The position numbers and the translations under genes were made by a program. A stretch of DNA of 63,402 nucleotides, the filler included, from Octopus bimaculoides (taxonomy: Eukaryota): NCBI RefSeq assembly GCF_001194135.2. It is 8 parts of 7 records of this genome, joined end to end, with 100 filler letters (N's around TTAATTAATTAA, not from the genome) between each part and the next. Parts side by side here need not be neighbours in the genome. Positions count along the whole stretch, not along the records: positions 52,368 to 54,125 come from NC_068983.1; positions 54,226 to 55,635 come from NW_026412210.1; positions 55,736 to 63,402 come from NC_068998.1; 5 more parts are not named here. The stretch is one strand, 5' to 3'. The notes under the pieces are model-generated. The model did no database searches. It was not told the DNA's origin and saw nothing but the letters and a program-made list of their open reading frames with translations. Below, one piece after another: positions 52,368 through 63,402 of this stretch (position 1 is the stretch's first letter; every line of letters starts with the position of its first letter).

Positions 52368-54125
52368 CCGTAGCAATTTTAGATCGAGCGGACGTACATT
52401 GAGGCAAAAGCAAGAAACGATCGTCCGTAGCAATTTTAGAACGAACGGACGTACTTTCAGGCAAGAGCGACGAACGATCGTCCGTAGCATTTTTAGATCG
52501 AACGGAGGTATATTGAGGGAAAGGCTACGAACGATGGTCCGTAGCATTTTTAGATCGAATGGACGTACGTTGAGGCAAAAGCTACGAACGATCGTCTGTA
52601 GCATTTTTAGATCGAACGGACGTACGTTGAGGCAAAATCTACGAATGATCGTCCGTAGCATTTTTAGATCGAACGGACGTACTTTCAGGCAAGAGCTACG
52701 AACGATCGTCCGTAGCATTTTTAGATCGAACGGACGTACGTTGAGGCAAAAGCTACGAACGATCGTCCGTAGCATTTTTAGATCGAACGGACGTACGTTG
52801 AGGCAAAAGCAACGAACGATCGTCCGTAGCATATTTAGATCGAACGGAGGTACGTTCAGGCAAAAGCTAGGAACGATGGTCCGTAGCATTTTTAGATCGA
52901 ATGGACGTACGTGAGGCAAAAGCTACGAACAATCGTCCGTAGCATTTTTAGATCGAACGGACGTACGTTGAGGCAAAAGCTACAAACGATCGTCCGTAGC
53001 ATTTTTAGATCGAACGGACGTACTTTCAGGCAAAAGTTACGAATGATCGTCCGAAGCACTTTAGATCGGACGAACGTACGTTGAGGCAAATGCTATGAAC
53101 GATCGTCCGTAACATTCTTAGATTGAACGGACGTACGTTCAGGCCAAAGCTAGGAACGATCGTCCGTAGCATTTTCAGATCGACCGGACGTATGTTGAGG
53201 CAAAAGCTAGGAACGATCGTCCGTAGCAATTTTAGATCGAACGGACGTACTTTCAGGCAAGAGCTACGAACGATCATCCGTAGCATAGTTAGATCGAACG
53301 GAAGTACGTTCAGGCAAAAGCCACGAACGATGGTCCGTAGCATTTTTAGATCGAATGGACGTACGTGGAGGCAAAAGCTACGAACTATCGTCCGTAGTAT
53401 TTTTAGATCGAACGGACGTAAGTTGAGGCAAAAGCTACGAACGATCGTCCGTATCATTTTTAGATCGAACGGACGTACTTTCAGGCAAAAGTTACGAACG
53501 ATCGTCCGAAGAACTTTAGATCGAATGGACGTACATTGAGGCAAAATCTACGAACGTTCGTCCGTAGCATTTTGAGATCGAACGGACGTACGTTGAGGCA
53601 AAAGCTAGGAACGATCGTCCGTAGCATTTTTAGATCGAACGGACGTTCGTTGAGTCAAAAGCTACGAATGTTCGTCCGTAGCATTTTTAGATGGAACGGA
53701 AGTTCGTTGAGTCAAAAGCTTCGAAAGATCGTCCGTAGCATTTTTAGATCGAACGGACGTACTTTCAGGCAAGAGCTACGAATCATCATCCGTAGCATTT
53801 TTAGATCGAACGGACGTACGTTGAGGCAAAAGCTACGAACGATCGTCCGTAGCATTTTTAGATCGAACGGACGTACGTTCAGGCAAAAGCTACGAACGAT
53901 CTTCCGTAGCATTTGTAGATCGAACGGACGTACTTTCAGGCAAAATCTACGAACGATCGTCCGTAGCATTATTACATCGAATGGACGGACGTTGAGGCAA
54001 AAGCTACGAACGATCGTCCGTAGCATTGTTAGATCGAACGGACGTACGTTCAGGCAAAAGCTGCGAACCATCGTCCGTAGTATTTTTAGATCGAACGGAC
54101 GTACGTTGAGGCAAAAGCTACGAAC
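52368..54125. repeat. CpG-rich 57-bp minisatellite, about 31 units
   Basis: Consensus cgtagcatttttagatcgaacggacgtacgttgaggcaaaagctacgaacgatcgtc, giving a 19-aa periodic ORF (RTIVRSIFRSNGRTLRQKL). Fills its whole contig. Confidence 0.95.
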
Positions 54126-54225
54126 NNNNNNNNNNNNNNNNNNNNNNNNNNNNNNNNNNNNNNNNNNNNTTAATTAATTAANNNNNNNNNNNNNNNNNNN
54201 NNNNNNNNNNNNNNNNNNNNNNNNN

Positions 54226-55635
54226 GGACGGACGTACGTTCGAATTGCGCTCGAACGGTGCAGAGGGATGACTAACGTACGCACGAACGTTCGAATTCAG
54301 CTCGAACGGTGCAGAGGGAGGCCGAATGGACGCATGTACGTTCAAATTGCGCTCTAACGGTTGAGGGGGCCGAACGAACGCACGTACGTTCGAATTCCGC
54401 TCAAACGGTGCAGAGGGAGGCCGAACGGACGTACGAACGTTCGAATTCGACTCGAACGGTGCAGAATGAGGATGAACGGACGCAAGTACGTTCGAATTCA
54501 GNNNNNNNNNNAGGGAGGCCGAACGGACGTACGAACGTTCGAATTCGACTCGAACGGTGCAGAATGAAGACGAACGGACGCAAGTACGTTCGAATTCAGC
54601 TCGAACGCTGCAGATGGAGGCCGAATGGACGCATGTACGTTCGAACTACACTCGAACGGTGCAGAGGTTCGCCGAACGGACGCACGTACGTTCGTATTGC
54701 GCTCGAACGGTGAGGAGGGGGGCTGAAAGGACGCACATATGTTCGAATTGCGCTCGAACGGTGCAGAGGGAGGCCGAATGGACGCACGTACGTTCGAATT
54801 CCGCTTGAACGGTGCAGAAGCATGCCGAACGGACGCACGTACGTTGGAATTATGCACGAACGGTGTAGAGTGTGGCCGAATACGCACGTACGTTCGAATT
54901 GCGGTAGAACGGTGCAGAGGGAGGCCGAATGGACGCATGTACGTTCGAATTGCGCTCGAACAGTGCAGAGGGTTGCCGAACGGACGCACGTACGTTCGTA
55001 TTGCGCTCGAACGGTGAGGAGGGAGGTCAAAAGGACGCACGTACGTTCGAATTCCGCTCGAACGGTGCTGAATGAGGACGAACGGACGCACGTACGTTCG
55101 AATTATGCCCGAACGGTGCAGAGGGAGGCCGAATAAGCACGTACGTTCGAATTGCACTAGAACCGTGCAGAGTGAGGCCGAATGGACGGACGTATGATCG
55201 AATTCCGCTCGAACGGTGCATAGGGAGGACGAACGGACGCACGTACGTTCGAATTATGCCCGGACGGTGCAGAGGGAGGCCGAATACGCACCTACGTTCG
55301 AATTGCACTAGAACGGCGCAGAGGGAGGCCGAATGGACGGACGTATGTTCGAATTCCGCTCGAACGGTGCAGAGGGAGGCCGAAAGGACGGACGTACGTT
55401 CGAATTGCGCTCGAACGGTGCAGAGGGATGACTAAGGGATGCACGAACGTTCGAATTCAGCTCGAACGGTGCAGAGGGAGGCCGAATGGACGCATGTACG
55501 TTCGAATTGCGCTCTAACGGTTGAGGAGGCCGAACGGACGCACGTACGTTCATATTGCGCTCGAACGGTGAGGAGGAGGCCGAAAGGACGCACGTACGTA
55601 CGTTAGAATTGCGCTCGAACGGAGCAGAGGGAGGC
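54226..55635. repeat. CpG-rich 51-bp minisatellite, about 27 units, with higher-order variants
   Basis: Consensus cgaacggtgcagagggaggccgaatggacgcacgtacgttcgaattgcgct, giving a 17-aa periodic ORF. Fills its whole contig. Confidence 0.95.
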
Positions 55636-55755
55636 NNNNNNNNNNNNNNNNNNNNNNNNNNNNNNNNNNNNNNNNNNNNTTAATTAATTAANNNNNNNNN
55701 NNNNNNNNNNNNNNNNNNNNNNNNNNNNNNNNNNNATAGAAAGAGAGAGAGAGTG

Positions 55756-55813
<58 letters not shown>

Positions 55814-56518
55814 GCATGCACAAATTTACAAATATAAAAAGTATCCATCACTGTCCCACTTCATCTGGAAACTTCGAGACCAAGTAAGCGAGTACCCTAA
55901 CAAAACATGAAACATCCTTGAAACACAACCTTAATTGTGGTTGGCTCACATGCGATTGCAAGATAGTTAAGTCCTGTTTGCTCATAGTGATATTACTCCT
56001 CTTCCGCTCTTACGAGACGCTTTGGCGCAACTGTTTTAATGCTTCCTATTTGGCATCACCACATCTATCCTATCTTCTCTTTTGATCGTGTCGTCTTTGG
56101 GTCATTCCCTGACGATGTCGCAGTCAGATTTCGTTACATCTCTCGGTTTCCTGCTACCCTCTGTGAATCGGCGAAATTAACACCGCATTCAAGGGAGTTT
56201 AGTCGAAGAAATCGATCTAAGTTCATTTTTTAAAATTTTATTTAAGTCAGGGATTTCTTTCATCAGGCTCTTTTGCTGTGTCGTTAAGTTACAGGGGTGG
56301 TGGTAAACAGACCAACAGCGGTTGTCAAGCGATGTGTTAAAGAAACACAATCACATAGAGAGACAAAAACTAATGTGTATGACTGTGTGTGAGTGCGTAT
56401 AAGTATATATATGTGAGCGTGTGTATATATACATATATGCATGTATCTATATATATACATATATACACATACACATATACGAGTGAATGTGTATGTACAT
56501 GCCTATATACGTGTGCGG

Positions 56519-56552
<34 letters not shown>

Positions 56553-56781
56553 CCGTCTCAACGCCATTTCTGTAATATTGTTTCTAATTCTGGTCCAGTC
56601 GATTCCAGAACAGAAATAAATACCAATCAAGTGCTTGCTTCATTTGTATATCGACAACACGGGCTTCAGCAAAGTGTGCGACCTTGTGCCAAATTTAGAA
56701 ACTATACTCACCCATAAACACACTCACACACACGCGCACACATTGACTCATATGCACTTGCGCAGACACATTTATGCACAC

Positions 56782-56827
<46 letters not shown>

Positions 56828-57064
56828 ATGCACACGCACACAAACACACGTATATATCTTTCTGTGCTCGTATTTATGATCTTTTTGCCGATCGCTAAGT
56901 TACCGGAATGTGAACAAATCGAGATAAACACTATACACAAGCACACACATACGCACACCCACCCACCCACACGCACACGCACACACACACACATACATAT
57001 ATATATATATGTACATACATGCATACATATGTACATAAACATACACACACATATACATATATTC

Positions 57065-57233
57065 ATACATGTACGTCTGTCTGCCTGTTTGTCTGTCTGT
57101 CTATCTACCTATCTGTCTATGTATGTATGTATGTATGTATGTATGTATCTATCTATCTATCTATCTATCTGTCTGTCTGTCTGTCTGTCTGTCTGTGGTT
57201 ATCTATCTATCTATCTATCCGTCTGTCTGCCTG

Positions 57234-57304
<71 letters not shown>

Positions 57305-57310
57305 GTCATA
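57065..57310. repeat. Compound tetranucleotide microsatellite (GTCT/ATCT/GTAT)
   Basis: Seen directly in the sequence. Confidence 0.95.
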
Positions 57311-58089
57311 TATACATACATTCACACACATACTTAGATGTCAATACGAGTGACGCATACACCAGCGACGTCTGGACTTATTCTCAGGCAACAGAGCAGC
57401 CTGGTTCTTTTATTAGCATGTCCGGTTCCCTTTCGCAGTCTTCTATGATACATTCCACACCGTTTTCTGACTTTTTGGAACAATGCAATGACAATATACA
57501 AATGAACATCTTGCCTAATTTCCTTATCTCGTTAGAAATGAGTCCTAATTTAACAGATTATTATTATCTTGTATATTTTTTCTATATATTTTTTTTTTCT
57601 TGTTCAAGTTAAGACTGAAATTTGAGAGTTGTGACTTTTTGAAGAGAATTCTCGAAGATGAACTCTGCATGACTGCAGAAACAAAACTGGATCTCCGATA
57701 TTAATTTCCTTTTGCTCTGCCTTGCTCTGCCATATTTTGCCTCGACTAGCCTTGAATTGATCTCTCGGTCCCTGATGTAGTTGTAGGGGGCGCTGTTGCA
57801 ATAGACGGTGTGCCTTATGCATCTAATCGCAGCAGAGCCCATCCCTCTCCAGGTTTTATCGTAGCTGTTTTCTTCCAGTAGAGACAGAGTGAGAGATTGA
57901 GAAGAGGAGAGAGAGGGAGAGGGAGAGGGAGAGAGAGGGAGAGAGAGAGGGAGATAAAAGAGAGAAAGTGAGATAAAAAGAAAGAAAGTGAGATAGAGAG
58001 AGTGAGACAAGAAGAGAAAGATAAAGAAAAAGGGCGAGAGGGAGAGAGAGTCGGAGAGGGAAATAAAATCCCCACAATATGGTAGAAGC

Positions 58090-58480
58090 CATAGCCATTC
58101 ATGATAAAAAGGACTACTGGTGGAATGTCCTTGTAAAATCTACAATAAAATGTAAGCACAACAGTCCTGACATAATGATTTGGGATAGAGAAGAAAAACT
58201 GTGTACAGCGAATGTTAACATAAAGCTGAAGATGAGTGAAAAAGAAAATACTTACGATAAACTATTGAGAAATCTGCAGCTACTCTATTCAGATTACAAG
58301 TTCCGGTTTATACCTGTAATTATTGGGGACCTGGGATATGTAACACACTGCATAATTACCAATCTTGAGAAATTAGGCTTCTCAAAACAAGAAAAGAGAA
58401 AGATAATTCGAAGACTGCAGATCCAATCTATCACTGGAACTATAAAAACCTATAAAACTTTCCAGAAATTTATCATTTAA
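58090..58480 (+). mobile_element. 3' end of an RLE-endonuclease non-LTR retrotransposon (R4/NeSL/Hero-like)
   Basis: WWNVLVKSTIKCKHNSPDIMIWDREEKLC...KENTYDKL...FIPVIIGDLG matches the RPD...EK..KY..L...P.IIGALG layout. The E-x-x-C/P catalytic segment appears deleted. Confidence 0.7.
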
Positions 58481-59150
58481 ATATATATAAGCATGTCTAG
58501 AGNNNNNNNNNNNNNNNNNNNNNNNNNNNNNNNNNNNNNNNNNNNNNNNNNNNNNNNNNNNNNNNNNNNNNNNNNNNNNNNNNNNNNNNNNNNNNNNNNN
58601 NNNNNNNNNNNNNNNNNNNNNNNNNNNNNNNNNNNNNNNNNNNNNNNNNNNNNNNNNNNNNNNNNNNNNNNNNNNNNNNNNNNNNNNNNNNNNNNNNNNN
58701 NNNNNNNNNNNNNNNNNNNNNNNNNNNNNNNNNNNNNNNNNNNNNNNNNNNNNNNNNNNNNNNNNNNNNNNNNNNNNNNNNNNNNNNNNNNNNNNNNNNN
58801 NNNNNNNNNNNNNNNNNNNNNNNNNNNNNNNNNNNNNNNNNNNNNNNNNNNNNNNNNNNNNNNNNNNNNNNNNNNNNNNNNNNNNNNNNNNNNNNNNNNN
58901 NNNNNNNNNNNNNNNNNNNNNNNNNNNNNNNNNNNNNNNNNNNNNNNNNNNNNNNNNNNNNNNNNNNNNNNNNNNNNNNNNNNNNNNNNNNNNNNNNNNN
59001 NNNNNNNNNNNNNNNNNNNNNNNNNNNNNNNNNNNNNNNNNNNNNNNNNNNNNNNNNNNNNNNNNNNNNNNNNNNNNNNNNNNNNNNNNNNNNNNNTATA
59101 TATATATATATATGTATGTATGTTTCTGAATATAAATCTGCATAGGTATA

Positions 59151-59185
<35 letters not shown>

Positions 59186-59444
59186 TGAGCGAATAGTAGA
59201 GTACGACAAGGACCGAACGCGTGTATTGTGATTCGGTGCGTGGGCGGCACGTGGTTAATGACTGCATATGTAGTGGTTGTGCGTGGTGGTGTTCAGTGGT
59301 TTGTTTTTTTCTTTTTGTAGTCTGGTTGTAGTTTGGTTATATTTGTAGATTTGGGTGTTTGTTTGTTTGTTTGTGTATGTGGTTAATGGATTAGTTATGT
59401 ATGTTTGTGTGTGTGTGCGTGTGTGTGTGTGTAGTGCCCGTGTG

Positions 59445-59840
59445 CAGCACTGAATTAACCAAGCAAAATAAGCACGTGCTTCGGGCATTACGGGAAGGCG
59501 AGAGGCACCACAGAAATGGTAAATGGTTGACGGCACAAAAGAAATCGCTTTAAACTTGCTAAAATAATATTCGAAATGGTTTCTAAGATCAGAAATATTA
59601 TTTCGAAGTGCTCATCGTGTCATCGTGAGGATCTGATCAAAGACTTTGCATAAAAAATAAAACTTTTAAAATATAAGTAAAGTAGAACTATATAAAATAA
59701 ACATTATTTTCCATCTTATTGTTAGTTTTGTTTCATTTTGAAAAATAAAAATTTATTATTTATATTTTCAATTACATATAAACGAGGCCGCCAAAATCTT
59801 TTATGTGCTTAGGACCTCCGTGGGTCTTCATCCGGCCCTG
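59445..59840. mobile_element. Possible old MITE
   Basis: Degenerate termini cagcactgaattaacc...aagcacgtgctt and ...ttcatccggccctg. No clear TSD. Confidence 0.35.
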
Positions 59841-59961
59841 CCTCTGTTTGTGTGATGCCTGCATGTGATTTTGGGGCGGAGAGTATTATGCGATTTTTAT
59901 GTGTTAGCATGTGTGTATTTACGTGTATAACTGTGTGAATCTGTGTGTGTGTGTGCGTGTG

Positions 59962-59992
<31 letters not shown>

Positions 59993-60049
59993 CTTCCTCA
60001 ACAATTTCAGACCTTGTGTCTATAGTAGAAAAGAATATCATTATTATAA

Positions 60050-60670
60050 AGGATGCGAGCTGGCAGAATCGTTAACACGCCGGGTAAAATGCTTTGCGGC
60101 GTTTCGTCCGTCTTTAAGNNNNNNNNNNNNNNNNNNNNNNNNNNNNNNNNNNNNNNNNNNNNNNNNNNNNNNNNNNNNNNNNNNNNNNNNNNNNNNNNNN
60201 NNNNNNNNNNNNNNNNNNNNNNNNNNNNNNNNNNNNNNNNNNNNNNNNNNNNNNNNNNNNNNNNNNNNNNNNNNNNNNNNNNNNNNNNNNNNNNNNTCTT
60301 TAAGTTCTGAGTTCAAATTTCGCCTTTGTCGACTTTGCCTTTCATCCTTTCGGAGTCGATGAAATAAATACCATTGGAGTATTGGGGGTCCATATTATCA
60401 ACTAGCCCACCCCACCCCTAAATTTCAGGCCTTGTGCCTTTAGTAGAAAAGACTATTATAATAAAAGCGGTGAGCTGGCAGAACTGTTAACGAGCTGGAT
60501 GAAATGCGACATTTCTTCCAGGTCTTTACGTTCTGAGTTCAAATTCCGCCGAGGTTATCTTTTGCCCTTCATCATTTCGGGGTTCGTTGAGATAAATACT
60601 AATCGCGCAGTGAAGGTCGATGTAATGGACTACTCGTTTCTTAGAAAAATCTCCAAGACTTTTGCCTATA
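60050..60670 (+). mobile_element. Two tandem SINE family C copies
   Basis: The head gagctggcagaa(t/c)...gttctgagttcaaatt...ttgcc(t/c)ttcatc starts at about 60057 and again at about 60473. Confidence 0.7.
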
Positions 60671-61319
60671 AAGAAAGTCTTATGGCGTCAAATATAGTGT
60701 GGAACGGCATTGCACGGAATGGCCGTCTATGGCACGATGTGGCATCATGTGACGCGGCGTGGTATCGAAGGGTGCGATTGGGCGCAGTGTTGTACACTAT
60801 GAAACAGGGTGGAACTGTGTGGCATGGCGCCATACGGTGTTCTATTGTGCAGAGTGGTATTTATTGAATGATACAAATATTTGCAATTAGGTCAATAAAG
60901 AAACAAATGAAAATAGTTATTCCTATGAGAGGCTGTTTTAATTAGGTCAACAGGAGATGGAGTAAATAGAGACAGATTGCTAATTAGGTCGGGAGGGTTG
61001 GGGTGGCGGTAGGGGTGGCCATAGCGGTGGTGTTGGTGGTGGCGGCGGCGGCGTGGTGATGTGGTGCTGGGGTGGTGAAGGTTTAGATGGAGGGTTGGGN
61101 NNNNNNNNNNNNNNNNNNNNNNNTATATATAATGCATACATGCATACATCATACATATATATATACATACATACATATATTCACACACACACACACATAT
61201 ATATACATACATACATACATACATACATACATACGAAATATAGAATGTGTGTATGTATTTATTTGGTGCGTGTATATTTATCGATCTGTTAACCTCCTTC
61301 GGTATCTCTTTTTCCTTCA

Positions 61320-61355
<36 letters not shown>

Positions 61356-62479
61356 ACACCCATACACACACACACACACACATACACACACACATACACA
61401 CACACTCACACACACACATATACATACATGCATGTATATATGCCCCAGCATGACCGCAGCTTTGACGCTAAAACAATTGGAAGATTTAAAGGTTTATATA
61501 TACACACACATAGACACACATATTTACATATATATATACATGCATATATACATACATACTTATACATACATACATATATATATTATATGTATTCACATAA
61601 TTAAACGCACATAAAAACACATTGACACATACACATATATATTTATACCTACCTATCTACCTTACTAACTATAAACATACATATATATGTATGTATGTGG
61701 TGTGTGTATAGGTGTGTATACATGCGTGTATTTTTGAGTGTTTTCGTGTGTATGTATGTGTGTGTGTATGCGCGTGTGTGTGCGTGTGTGTGTGCGCGCG
61801 TGTGTAGGATTAGATTAGCATAGCGAGATAGTAATATGATTTCTAAATGATTTTTGGCATTTGAGTATAGCCAAATTTTTTATGGGTTTGGCTCGGGGAA
61901 GTGCTCAATCGATTAATTACCAATCAATACTTCCTGACGTGTACTTAATTCTTTGCCAGGAAAAAGAAAAATGCAAAGAAAAAAAACAGACAGCAAAGCA
62001 AAGTCGACCTCTCTAGGGATTGAACTTGGGGCATAGAGAAACTTAATTATATACTCCAAAGTAATTTTTATCTTGCTCATGTGTGTCAAACATACAACCA
62101 ATGAGCGATATCCGGCCCTCGGCAATGCGTAGGGAGAGGCTCTCGGCTCAAATTAATATTTTTTTAACTTTTAAATTAATTAGCTTCTATTTTTTAATTA
62201 TTTTAGTCATTGCACTGTGGCCATGCTGGGGCACCGCCTTGAAGGGTTTTTCCGTCGAAAAAAATCGACCACGTTACATGCGTTTGTTTGACTTTTAAAG
62301 TTACATATTTTTTTCTGCCATGCTGAACCGTTAAGCTATGGGAACGTAAATAAACCAACAGTGGTTGTCAAGATGTGAGGTGTGTGGCAAACGCGCACAC
62401 AAACGCGCGCGCATGCACACAAACACACACACGGACACGCGCACATACACACATACACACATCACACATGCACACATAC

Positions 62480-62587
<108 letters not shown>

Positions 62588-62679
62588 GCATATACATACA
62601 TAGATATATACATTTATATATATATGTACGTATAATTTTCTGAATCTTCACATTTATATATATATACCTGCATACACAT

Positions 62680-62738
<59 letters not shown>

Positions 62739-63273
62739 CATATATATACTGTAACGCAAGTTGCACGGCACGTGGAACTACTTAGGACAATATTACTGCT
62801 TGCCCAGTAATACAGGAACTATGCTGGCTGCAACAGCAAGGGTCTATACAGGAATGAGACAACATAGAAGGGCGCACAGTCGTCATCCTTTGAAAAATAA
62901 GCATAACATGAGCGAATGGAAAAAACCTCCATGCAGCCATTTGATATACCGGTCAAATATTTATTAACGAGCTTGGTATATATATTTCATCTAAACTGGA
63001 ATACAAGGTTTTCACGTTCATATTTGAATTTTTGGCGTTTCTGTAATATTATTTGCTTTTATTCATTTTATTCATTCATGGGCACGTAACAAGCCAATCA
63101 ACACTATAGATCTCTAGTGAGATCTATATATGTATACACACACACACGTATACACACACAAACACAAGCACACACACAAACACAAACACACACACACATC
63201 TACTTGTGTGTGAATTTCATTAGGTTTTACTTATCACCAAAGCACATCAATCTGATAAGCCAGGTCCGTATGA

Positions 63274-63387
<114 letters not shown>

Positions 63388-63402
63388 TATTATTATTATT
63401 AT

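Noticed and set aside
52368-55635. CRISPR-like array or real repeat-protein genes
   Set aside because: Units are contiguous with no unique spacers, there are no cas genes, and the context is eukaryotic. The ORFs have no unique ends and shift frame at indels.
60700-60865. GC-richer block with a weak 5-bp period
   Set aside because: A degenerate pentanucleotide repeat with no coding or structural signal.

Overview
AT-rich, microsatellite-dense eukaryotic DNA, most likely from an octopus (inferred from the SINE/LINE families, C2H2 zinc-finger style and repeat load). Seven N44-TTAATTAATTAA-N44 scaffolding linkers split the window into eight pieces whose adjacency is not guaranteed. One host gene is well supported: five minus-strand exons (43640-43412, 29660-29480, 26809-26734, 24997-24767, 23284-23181) splice in phase with GT-AG boundaries into a LamG-EGF-LamG protein most like pikachurin/EGFLAM; its 5' and final exons were not found. 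The rest is mostly transposon debris: a decayed C2H2-ZNF gene, a Helitron helicase relic, four Penelope-like element (PLE) relics, a Chapaev-like transposase tail, an RLE-type non-LTR tail, many SINEs and RTE tails, and two CpG-rich minisatellites (57 and 51 bp units). The most notable signal is a set of minimal hammerhead ribozyme motifs with three different core variants (CUGAUGA, UUGAUAA, CUGUUGA). Two sit in fold-back elements that share a palindromic terminal motif, and one pair flanks the EGF exon in inverted orientation. All calls are by eye; no searches or folding programs were run.
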